Part shown: one piece after another, positions 12,001-22,900 of the stretch
Numbering within the stretch: the stretch's first letter is position 1
Layout: every line of letters begins with the position of its first letter
Source: Macrostomum lignano
Lineage: Eukaryota
Length of the DNA stretch: 64,000 nucleotides
Assembly (NCBI GenBank): GCA_002269645.1
Contig: NIVC01001524.1
Location: 186,001-250,000 of the forward strand
Reading direction: 5' to 3'
Translations under genes and position numbers: made by a program
The notes under the pieces: model-generated
What the model saw: the letters and a program-made list of their open reading frames with translations, nothing else
The model's database searches: none
Told to the model about the DNA's origin: nothing

Positions 12001-15000
12001 ACGGTTAAGATGTTAAAAATAGGTAGAAATCATGCCGCGAACCAATATGACAGGACAGATACAGAACTATATACATGTATAACGATACTAATCCAAGGAC
12101 AGAACAAATGTATAGAGAATCTAAACACAAAAACGGATATTAAGAAGTTTAAAAGGCACACAATTACATGTAATTCAATTTCACAGCAAGTTACCAAACA
12201 AATAGCTGCACACGTTAAAAATGTAACCTCAACAGAATTTGAAAACAACACCGAAGGATCGCACAGCATGCACTGGAGGGAAATTGCGCATGCAGTTGAA
12301 ACGGACAACGTTGGAAATTTCAGAGTAAAACAAATTCAAATTTAAGAAATACCTCTCTGGAGGTTTTAAATAGCTATCCAAAGAAAATAAAATACATGTT
12401 AGAAGTTATATACATTCAAAAGTGAAATTGGTTCAAACTCACCATAATCACGTTGAAGAAATCGTTAACATTCAACGTGTACAGCAGTTCAGTTAGGGTC
12501 ATGTTGGCAATGATTGATCGACGACCTTTCATAGAGCCGCTATTGTCCAGTAAGATGACCATGTCTTTTGGATAGGAGGCAGCCAATAGGTACCTGATTA
12601 TTGATTAAAAATGAAAGCAAGGATTTGCTAAATTGGTGAGCTTCATTACGATTGTCAAGCCTTTGTATTTTCAGATCATTTTCTTTGTCGAATTAGAACC
12701 TAATTACTCTTTATTGTGAGCCATAAAAAGTCTTACCAGTACTGAGTTCGACAATCGAAAAAGTCCAAAGTGATATCCTTACTGCCCAGGTCCTTAGTCT
12801 GAATATACCAACGAATACCGGGATAGATTTTGAACAATCCCTCCGTATTGCCAAAGTACTGCCATTTAAGCATCGGGTCCAATGCTGCATTAGATTCGAA
12901 CACTTTGTCAAGGCCCTGCGACCAGTTTGCTGCGTTAAGCATGCTCGTGGCTACAATATGTTAACGGGTTGGGTGGCACTCGGATGAGAGAGTTTAAAAT
13001 ATGAGACATTTTCTACCCTGACACACTTACAGAGAGATGCAGGGAGAGAGACAGGGACAGAGAGACAGGGACAGAGAGACAGAAACAGAGACAGGGACAG
13101 AGAGACAGGGACAGAGAGAGGGACAGAGAGACAGGGACAGAGACAGGGACAGAGAGACAGGGACAGAGAGAGGGACAGAGAGACAGGGACAGAGACAGGA
13201 ACAGAGAGAGAGGGACAGAGAGAGGGACAGAGAGAAGGACAGAGAGACAGGGACAGAGACAGGAACAGAGAGAGAAGGACAGAGAGACAGGGACAGAGAC
13301 AGGGACAGAGAGACAGGGACAGAGACAGGGACAGAGACAGGAACAGAGAGAGAGGGACAGAGAGACAGGGACAGAGACAGGGACAGAGAGACAGGGACAG
13401 AGAGACAGGGACAGAGAGACAGGGACAGAGAGACAGGGACAGAGAGACAGGGACAGAGAGACAGGGACAGAGAGACAGGGACAGAGAGACAGGGACAGAG
13501 AGACAGGGACAGAGAGACAGGGACAGAGAGACAGGGACAGAGAGACAGGGACAGAGAGACAGGGACAGAGAGACAGGGACAGAGAGACAGGGACAGAGAG
13601 ACAGGGACAGAGAGAGAGAGCGACAGAGAGACAGGGACAGAGAGACAGGGACAGAGAGACAGGAACAGAGAGACAGGGACAGAGAGACAGGGACAGAGAC
13701 AGGGACAGAGAGACAGGGACAGAGAGACAGGGACAGAGAGACAGGGACAGAGACAGGGACAGAGAGACAGGGACAGAGACAGGAACAGAGAGAGGGACAG
13801 AGAGACAGGGACAGAGACAGGGACAGAGAGACAGGGACAGAGACAGGGACAGAGAGACAGGGACAGAGACAGGGACAGAGAGAAAGGAACAGAGAGAGAG
13901 GGACAGAGAGAAAAGGACAGAGAGACAGGGACAGAGAGACAGGAACAGAGAGAGAGGGACAGAGAGACAGGGACAGAGACAGGGACAGAGAGACAGGGAC
14001 AGAGACAGGGACAGAGAGACAGGGACAGAGACAGGGACAGAGAGAAAGGAACAGAGAGACAGGGACAGAGAGACAGGGACAGAGAGAGGGACAGAGAGAC
14101 AGGGACAGAGACAGGAACAGAGAGAGAGGGACAGAGAGACAGGGACAGAGAGACAGGGACAGAGAGACAGGGACAGAGAGACATAGAGACAGTGAGAGAG
14201 GGACAGAGAGAGGGACAGAGAGACAGGGACAGAGACAGGAACAGAGAGAGAGGGACAGAGAGACAGGGACAGAGAGACAGGGACAGAGAGACAGGGACAG
14301 AGAGACATAGAGACAGTGAGAGAGGGACAGAGAGACAGGGACAGAGAGAGAGGGACAGAGGGACAGGGACAGAGAGACAGGGACAGAGAGACAGGGACAG
14401 AGAGACAGGGACAGAGAGAGAGGGACAGAGAGACAGGGACAGAGAGAGAGGGACAGAGGGACAGGGACAGAGGGACAGGGACAGAGGGACAGGGACAGAG
14501 GGACAGGGACAGAGGGACAGGGACAGAGAGAGAGGGACAGAGAGACAGGGACAGAGAGACAGGGACAGAGAGAGAGGGACAGAGAGACAGGGACAGAGGG
14601 ACAGGGACAGAGAGACAGGGGCAGAGAGAGAGGGACAGAGAGACCGGGACAGAGAGAGAGGGACAGAGAGACAGGGACAGAGAGAGAGGGATAGAGTGAC
14701 GGGGACAATATGACAGGTACTGGTCGAATCTAAGACCATTTTTTGAGTCCAACAAATCGCAGAGGCTCTCACAGGCATCGTAGATATTGGACGGCACGTG
14801 CGCAGTGGACACCTTGCGATTGGTCTCAACGCCATAGAGCCTGGGGTCAGGATTCAACTCAACCAGAGTAGGCGCTGAACAAAAGTTCTCAACGTCCTCA
14901 GTTTTCTGCATCACGTAGACTGTGTTTCGCGACTCTGGGTCCAAGTTTTGATGCGTGTTGTTGGACGATTCGTGGGGTTTGTCTTCGATCGCTGTCGCTC

Positions 15001-17751
15001 GGAGGAAGGGCTGGTCCTTGAGCTCCAAGCACTGCGGTTTTTGCGATGAAGGGATTGTTTGCTAGCTTCATCTGCACTCTTCATTCTCCGCAGTCCTTAC
15101 TCGACCTTCACTACTCTACCCTCACTACTCTCCGCTCACTACTCTACCCTCACTACTCTACCCTCACTACTCTCCGCTCACTACTCTACCCTCACTACTC
15201 TACCCTCACTACTCTACCCTCACTACTCTACCCTCACTACTCTCCGCTCACTACTCTACCCTCACTACTCTACCCTCACTACTCTCCGCTCACTACTCTA
15301 CCCTCACTACTCTACCCTCACTACTCTCCGCTCACTATTCTACCCTCACTACTCTACCCTCACTACTCTCCCCTCACTACTCTCCCCTCACTACTCTCCC
15401 CTCACTACTCTCCCCTCACTACTCTAACCCTCACTACTCTCCCCTCACTACTCTCCTCTTACCCATCTCCCGTCTCAAGCTTACTATGCGTTTCCTAATC
15501 TACCCTATCTTTGTTACCATCCACTTTTATTAGAGACACTAAAGTATAGTAATTATACGCCTTAATTATTACTACTTAAACAGACTTACATTCAACGAGT
15601 AGTTCCGATGCGTATGACCGGCAAAGGCATATTCGGCTTCAACACGAATTCTCTTGATGATTAAGAAAAGATTGGGAACATTGTTGGTGCATATTTTAAT
15701 CTGGTTAAATCAAATAATTTCACGCTTACCTTCACGTGCTCCTCATATTTATAGGTGAATTTTCCTATCCTAGCCTTGATATCATTCATCAATTGTTGGC
15801 CTTGGGCCTCGTTGCGATTGTCGGAGACAACTCGATTTTCTTCGAATTTCTGCAGCAACAAAAGCAATGTTGTTTCTATTAGTTATAAAAGCGATACATT
15901 TCTTGAAGAAATTGAGCGACCACGCAGTGTTCTCACCCGCTCGAACTTTTCAATGCCAAGCTGTCGACGAACTTTTTCGAAATTGTTAGCGATAGTTTGA
16001 ACCCAAGCGTTGATTCTGGAATTTAATCGGTGTTCGTCTACGTTAATTGGGAGTTTGTTTATGCTAGTATCAGATTCATCCCATGAGTGCAGGAGAGTGG
16101 CATGCTGAGAGTGACGGAATACGAGTGCCATGCTTAGAGTGACGGAATACGAGTGCCATGCTGAGAGTGACGGAATACGAGTGACATGCTGAGAGTGACG
16201 GAATACGAGTGGCATGCTGAGAGTGACGGAATACGAGTGGCATGCTGAGAGTGACGGAATACGAGTGACATGCTGAGAATGACGGTATGAGAGTGGCGCA
16301 GAATGAGAGTGACGCAGAACGAGAGTGACGGAATAAGAGTGACGCAGAACGAGAGTGACGGAATGAGAGTGACGGAATGAGAGTGACGGAATGAGAGTGA
16401 CGGAATGAGAGTGACGGAATGAGAGTGACGCAATGAGAGTGACGGAATGAGAGTGACGGAATGAGAGTGACGGAATGAGAGTGACGGAATGAGAGTGAAT
16501 GAAAGTGACGGAATAAAGGTGACGGAATGAGAGTGACGCAATGAGAGTGATAGAATGAGAGTGAATGAGAGTGACAGAATGAGAGTGCCGGAATGAGAGT
16601 GAATGAAAGTGACGGAATGAGAGTGACGCAGAACGAGAGTGACGGAATAAGAGTGACGCAGAACGAGAGTGACGGAATGAGAGTGACGGAATGAGAGTGA
16701 CGGAATGAGAGTGACGGAATGAGAGTGACGGAATGAGAGTGACGCAATGAGAGTGACGCAATGAGAGTGACGGAATGAGAGTGACGGAATGAGAGTGACG
16801 GAATGAGAGTGACGGAATGAGAGTGACGGAATGAGAGTGACGGAATGAGAGTGACGGAATGAGAGTGACGGAATGAGAGTGACGGAATGAGAGTGACGGA
16901 ATGAGAGTGACGGAATGAGAGTGACGGAATGAGAGTGACGGAATGAGAGTGACGCAATGAGAGTGATGGAATGAGAGTGAATGAGAGTGACGGAATGAGA
17001 GTGACGGAATGAGAGTGACGCAATGAGAGTGACGGAATGAGAGTGACGCAATGAGAGTGATGGAATGAGAGTGAATGAGAGTGACGGAATGAGAGTGACG
17101 GAATGAGAGTGAATGAAAGTGACGGAATAAAGGTGACGGAATGAGAGTGACGGAATGAGAGTGACGGAATGAGAGTGACGGAATGAGAGTGACGGAATGA
17201 GAGTGACGGAATGAGAGTGACGGAATGAGAGTGACGGAATGAGAGTGACGGAATGAGAGTGACGGAATGAGAGTGACGGAATGAGAGTGACGGAATGAGA
17301 GTGACGGAATGAGAGTGACGGAATGAGAGTGACGGAATGAGAGTGACGGAATGAGAGTGCCGGAATGAGATTGAATGAGAGTGACGGAATGAAAGTGACG
17401 GAATGAGAGTGAATGAGAGTGACGCAATGAGAGTGACGCAATGAGAGTGACGGAATGAGAGTGAATGAGAGTGACGCAATGAGAGTGACGGAATGAGAGT
17501 GACGGAATGAGAGTGAATGAGAGTGACATACCGAGTGAGGAAATGAGTGACGTGATGGGAGTGACAGCATGAGAGTGACAGACTGTGAGCCAAACTGACA
17601 GTAAATCAGGCCATTGCCGGTAAACTCACTCCTTAGCATCTAGCTGAGGTTTGGTCGCGGTAGCACTGCCGATGTCCAGCCACGAAAGAAGCAGCAGAGG
17701 TGCCAGCAGGCTCACGATGGCCATCAGATAGCAATTTCGCAAAGAATTCAT
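80..17751 (-). CDS. CACNA2D: Voltage-dependent calcium channel alpha-2/delta subunit (multi-exon, 3'-partial; >1139 aa)
   Basis: Exons inferred by hand (minus strand, GT-AG, phases compatible): 17630-17751 (signal peptide MNSLRNCYLMAIVSLLAPLLLLSWLDIGSA), 15937-16015, 15730-15849, 15590-15652, 14773-15031 (STAHVPSNIYD), 12737-12950 (DPMLKWQYFGNTEGLFKIYPG; DFFDCRTQYW), 12443-12593 (PKDMVILLDNSGSM, VWA MIDAS), 9141-9218, 8674-8904 (GISDY...IVLISDG), 7868-8002 (VRVFTFLVG...IACSNRGYF), 6709-6801, 5079-5363, 4106-4165, 3850-4014 (GVAGVDVP...GYIFLVTNNGHVLFHP), 3140-3316, 1613-2110, 506-1062, 210-288 (YDYQSIC), 80-132. Motif order matches the VWA_N/VWA/Cache architecture of alpha2delta. Symbol is family-level; paralogue not assignable. 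Confidence 0.93.
1265..1478. repeat. Intronic CT-rich low-complexity tract
   Basis: Degenerate TTCTCTCTTCTCT repeats. Confidence 0.8.
2648..3060. repeat. Intronic minisatellite, 46-bp unit, about 9 copies
   Basis: Unit CAATGACTCTTTAGCAATTCTGGTCACGGTAACGTTTTCAACCTTC, near-identical copies. Confidence 0.95.
3548..3778. repeat. Intronic minisatellite, 17-bp unit
   Basis: GAGGGAGATAGGGTACA repeats. Confidence 0.95.
5580..6160. repeat. Intronic GA-rich repeat (about 12-bp AGTAGAGAGAGA units)
   Basis: Directly visible; source of the spurious ORF 5574-6233. Confidence 0.93.
6990..7850. repeat. Intronic minisatellite, 32-34-bp unit
   Basis: CATGATTCTACACCATTTATCTGCGGTAGGTTTA; degenerate at both ends. 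Confidence 0.95.
8112..8600. repeat. Intronic minisatellite, 22-bp unit
   Basis: GGGGTGAGATTGTGGATAATCA repeats. Confidence 0.95.
8977..9052. repeat. Intronic 15-bp tandem repeat, about 5 copies
   Basis: AAGCCCCTGGTGCTA. Confidence 0.9.
9700..11250. repeat. Intronic minisatellite, 18-bp unit
   Basis: CTGGGGGATGCTTGCTAT with variants; source of the GGCLLS/LGDACY ORFs. Confidence 0.95.
13036..14700. repeat. Intronic minisatellite, 12-14-bp unit
   Basis: ACAGAGAGACAGGG / ACAGAGACAGGG. Confidence 0.95.
15108..15455. repeat. Intronic minisatellite, 14-bp unit
   Basis: CCCTCACTACTCTA. Confidence 0.95.
16092..17580. repeat. Intronic minisatellite, 14-bp unit (variant units at the low-coordinate end)
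   Basis: GAGTGACGGAATGA. Confidence 0.95.
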
Positions 17752-18554
17752 AGCAGTTTTTTCTACACGATAAACCTATTGATTAATGTTGAAATCTTAT
17801 ATCATAAGAATGAACAATCGCATGATGATAATATAGCTGAACTAATTTAGGCCAAAAGGGGGTGTTCTATCTATCTATCGCACAATAAATTAGTCAGATT
17901 TTTGCGCTTTAAAGTGAGTGAGAGAGTGAGGGAGGGAGAACTCAGCTAACACAAGTGAACTGACTGGGAGGAGAACTTATGTATGTATTAAGTGAGCGCG
18001 GTATATCCTTCTGTGTACTTGCGTGAGCAAAGCCTAGCTCTCTACCCCACAGACACCCCCCAGAGCTTCCTATATATCTCATGGCCAAGCCCTGAACACG
18101 CAGAGAAATAGAGAGGTTGGCCCGACTGACTTGAGCAGTATAGTGAGGGTCTGAGTGTCGCTGAGTTGAGAAGTGCAGTCCAGAGCAAGGTTTTGTACAC
18201 CTCCTGAGCCTTTAGGGTTCTGCTTTCCTTTATCGCGGATCTCTTCCCCTCTCTGCTCTCCTTCTCTCCCGCCCGCACGCGCTCTCTGCGGAGCTCAAGC
18301 CAGCATCCGCTAATCCCTAAGAGCTGCTTCATCTCTGCCACCCCCCCCCCGATCTCCCCTCTTTTTCTCTCAACCGAGAAGCATGTACAGTCCTGTTGAC
18401 GGTCTGTGCGCCTGCCCAAGATCTACTCTGAAGAGAGTACACACCTGCCTAAATGTGCAAATTGCAGTGATGATCCGCCAATTTTTCGTCTTGCTAGTCG
18501 GCATAATTTCAATGTGTCTATGCCATTCATTAATTTATATATGCAACTTGACCC

Positions 18555-18740
18555 TTTGCATATCAGCAATTCCACCTTTGAGCATTTGGCTTATCTCAGC
18601 AATTCCAATCCCCCTTTGAGCATTTTGCATCTTAGCAATTCCCCTACCGTGGGCCTTGGCATCTCAGCAATTCCCCCTTTGAGAATTTGGAATCTCAGCG
18701 ATCCCCCTTTGAACATTTGGCATCTCAGCAATTCCCCTAG
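18555..18740. repeat. Degenerate about 30-bp tandem repeat
   Basis: Recurrent CTCAGCAATTCCCC..TTTGAGCATTTGGCAT. Confidence 0.7.
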
Positions 18741-19175
18741 TTAGCTTTACAGTCTTTAAACGATTATCTTATTCATTTTTGTTAATTTGTTAAAAGAAAC
18801 TGTTTATTTAAAACTTAAATCGTACAAATTGGAAAAAAATAAATGATTTATTTAAAACAATTTAATTTTATTAGCACTGAAAAAAGTTGAAACGATATGA
18901 AACTTTAAATATTTTAAATACTGAAGTATTAAAACACCATAAAGTTAGAAAATATGAATCATTATTGTAATTAAATTATTTTAATCGGAGTCAAATTGCT
19001 GAAAAGTGGAATTGAAAAGAGTTTGCTTATTTGTTCATGTTTTATAATTGAATTTATCGCTTATTGTAGAGTGTTCTACCTCCCGTAAAAAAAGGAAAAA
19101 GAAGTTAATCGTAGGATGCTACTGTAAGTAAGTAAGTAAGTACACGCATGCGCACCTAAAATCTTAAATGAATCA

Positions 19176-19894
19176 TGTTACCAGAAAATACGCTATGAGC
19201 TATGTTCCCCTTTTAGCGCAACACATGAGTTGTAATGCTGCTATTTTGGACTGCAAATTCGCCTATAAATACAAGCGGTCCGAAGCGGACCAGGAGCCAA
19301 CTCCCGACGAGAGGAGAAGCTCCGAAGAGGAAGCCTTAGGAGGACTTCCTGAACAACCAAGTCAATAGAGACTCGGTCGAGTTGTTGCGGTAAGCCTTCC
19401 TTATTTGCGCCCGTTGTGTTAGAGACGTCTCGCTCAAGTCTATAGTGTTACTTGAGTTTAGTTGAGTCTGTTGAGACTCTTGAGTCTGTTTAGACTCTAC
19501 TGGTTGCCAGTTAGAAGACTATCAGTGGTTACCGGAGCCATACCTAGAGTGCATAGAGGCACTGCTAGAAGAAGGAGGCTTAATTCAAACCGCAGTTCGG
19601 CGCAGGGATCCCATTGTTGATACGAGGCCTCTGATTGGTCCTGACTGCAGATACCGGCCGGCTAGAGACAAAGAAGAATCAGGACCAGAGCAACAGGAGA
19701 GACAAGGCGCCTGATCGACAGATCAACTGTGAATAACAGTCAGCGAGATCTACGTTCGAGATCAACTCAAGGAAGAGATCTACACATCCGGATTAAAGGT
19801 AATTGAATACCTTCAGTTAATTACTGGGTTGCCTAGCAAAGTAGCTAGAAGTGATTGTTCCTTGATTACGGTTGAGGACTGGTAATAAGGAACA
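19176..19894 (+). mobile_element. Possible solo LTR (BEL/Pao- or Gypsy-like)
   Basis: Starts TGTT, ends GGAACA, TATA-like CTATAAATA at about 19263, AATAAG near the 3' end, flanks AATCA/CATCA (4 of 5 match). No coding remnant. Confidence 0.35.
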
Positions 19895-19954
19895 CATCAT
19901 TATTATAAAACACTGTGAACAATTTAAGTTCAATGGATTATTTCTGTTAAAAAT

Positions 19955-22900
19955 TCACAGGTTTTTCTCAATATAATCCAGCGCGTCGGCCACCTCTTTC
20001 GCTGGCGGCCTGTTCCGCGGCTGGGCGTCCCAACAGCGCTCCATCAGATCCCAAAGATCGGCGGGTATGCAGGGCAGTCGGTCCGGTCTGCTATTCATGC
20101 TACCTGCGAGTAGTATTGCTCCGACCGACGGCATCACTTCCACGTATTTCGGATGCTTACTGCCGCTGCCCTCACTGGAGTTAAATAATTGATAAATTTT
20201 TAGTTAACAGAAATAAATAATTATTTACTCTAAACCCAAAATAGTTAATAAATTTTAGGGTAGCATGCATCGTGCATCAATAAGTTATTTACTAAATTTT
20301 ACATATGTTAAAAATACGTAAGTTAAAAGTGGTGTATCCACGTAGTTAAAGCGTCAACATAAATTTGAATTATTTAGTAGATAAATAGAAGTATAATTTA
20401 AACTAATTCGAAACATAAAATCATTGACAAAAAGTCATTTTCAACTTTTTGTTATAGTCACTTTGCGAAGCGATCCCGATATTTTGAAATTCGTAGCTCG
20501 TAAAAGCGACTTTATTTTATCAATAATAAAAGATCTGATAGAATATGAATGCAATAATAAATAAATTGCAAGGATAAAACTATATTTGAACGATGTATAC
20601 ATATATGTAAAGCTAGAACCTTTTTAACTACCTATAGATTTGCATGTTTGACTTGATTACTTTACCAGAGATACCACAGAGCAATGCCAAGGCTGTAGAC
20701 ATCGGCACTGATATCATAGCTGCTGTTGGTGACCATCTCCGGTGCCAAATAGATCGGCGTGCCAACCAGCGACTGACCAGTGAGTCCCGTGCTCTTGAGC
20801 AGTCCGAAATCTGTTAGCCTTACCGTATTGAGCTCGGCGTCAACCTGCGCTGGGTAAAAGTTGGAATAAAACACTTCGGCTTCCTTTCTGATTGGTCTTT
20901 TCTTTTCTGAGACATGGTGGGTGTCAGTATCTGATTGGTTGGCAGGATTTATAGGGGTGGTGGGTGTCAGTGTCTGATTGGTTGGCAAGAATTTATAGGG
21001 GTGGTGGATGTCAGTATCTGATTGGTTGGCAGGATTTATAGGGGTGGTGGGTGTCAGTGTCTGATTGGTTGGCAAGAATTTATAGGGGTGGTGGGTGTCA
21101 GTGTCTGATTGGTTGGCAAGAATTTATAGGGGTGGTGGATGTCAGTATCTGATTGGTTGGCAGGATTTATAGGGGTGGTGGGTGTCAGTGTCTGATTGGT
21201 TGGCAAGAATTTATAGGGGTGGTGGGTGTCAGTGTCTGATTGTTTGGAAAGAAATGTGGTTATCATAGCTTAATGAGTTAAAAATTACTGACCAGCAAAT
21301 TTTGCAGCTTCACATCTCGATGGATGAGGCTGCTGGAGTGCAGGAATTCAAGCGCTCTGGCCAGCTGCAGGCCAAACCAGATCCGCTTGCGCAGGGTCAG
21401 CTGCCGGTTCTGCATCAGTTGCCAAACGTCGCTGTGCATGAGGTCCATGTACAGCTCGAATGTCCAGATGGCATCTTCTTCGGGATCGTCGGGCTCGCGC
21501 GTTTCCAACAGGCGAACGCCTTCAATAGACAGCAGGTTGCAATGGCGCAATACGCTGTTGGGATATGAGTTGCATAGGGCTGAGCTAGGGAACGCATGAG
21601 ACAGACAATGAGACAGACAATGAGACAGACACTGAGACAGACACTGAGACAGACGCTGAAACAGACACTGAGACGGATACAGAGACAGACACTGAGACGG
21701 ATACAGAGACAGACACTGAGACGGACACTGAGACAGACACTGAGACAGACACTCAGACGGACACTGAGACAGACACTCAGACAGACACTCAGACAGACGC
21801 TGAGACAGACACTGAGACAGACGCTGAGACAGACACTGAGACAGACACTGAGACAGACACTGAGACAGACACTGAGACAGACGCTGAGACAGACACTGAG
21901 ACAGACACTCAGACAGACACTCAGACGGACACTGAGACAGACACTCAGACAGACACTCAGACGGACACTGAGACAGACACTCAGACAGACACTCAGACAG
22001 ACACTGAGACAGACGCTGAGACAGACACTGAGACAGACAATGAGACAGACACTCAGACAGACACTCAGACGGACACTGAGACAGACACTCAGACAGACAC
22101 TGAGACAGACACTCAGACAGACACTCAGACGGACACTGAGACAGACACTCAGACAGACACTCAGACAGACACTGAGACAGACGCTGAGACAGACACTGAG
22201 ACAGACAATGAGACAGACACTGAGACAGACACTGAGACAGACACTCAGACAGACACTCAGACGGACACTGAGACAGACACTCAGACAGACACTCAGACGG
22301 ACACTGAGACAGACACTCAGACAGACACTCAGACAGACACTGAGACAGACGCAGAGACAGACACTGAGACAGACGCTGAGACAGACACTGAGACGGATAC
22401 AGAGACAGACACTGAGACGGATACAGAGACAGACACTGAGACGGACACTGAGACAGACACTGAGACAGACACTCAGACGGACACTGAGACAGACACTCAG
22501 ACAGACACTCAGACAGACGCTGAGACAGACACTGAGACAGACGCTGAGACAGACACTGAGACAGACACTGAGACAGACACTGAGACAGACACTGAGACAG
22601 ACGCTGAGACAGACACTGAGACAGACACTCAGACAGACACTCAGACGGACACTCAGACGGACACTCAGACAGACACTCAGACGGACACTGAGACAGACAC
22701 TCAGACAGACACTCAGACAGACACTGAGACAGACGCTGAGACAGACACTGAGACAGACAATGAGACAGACACTCAGACAGACACTCAGACGGACACTGAG
22801 ACAGACACTCAGACAGACACTGAGACAGACACTCAGACAGACACTCAGACGGACACTGAGACAGACACTCAGACAGACACTCAGACAGACACTGAGACAG

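Noticed and set aside
12951-17639. Long ORFs (500-670 aa) of SLSLCP/RDRETG and HSHSVT repeats
   Set aside because: They are translations of intronic minisatellites, open in several frames on both strands; only the non-repetitive ends contain real alpha2delta exons.
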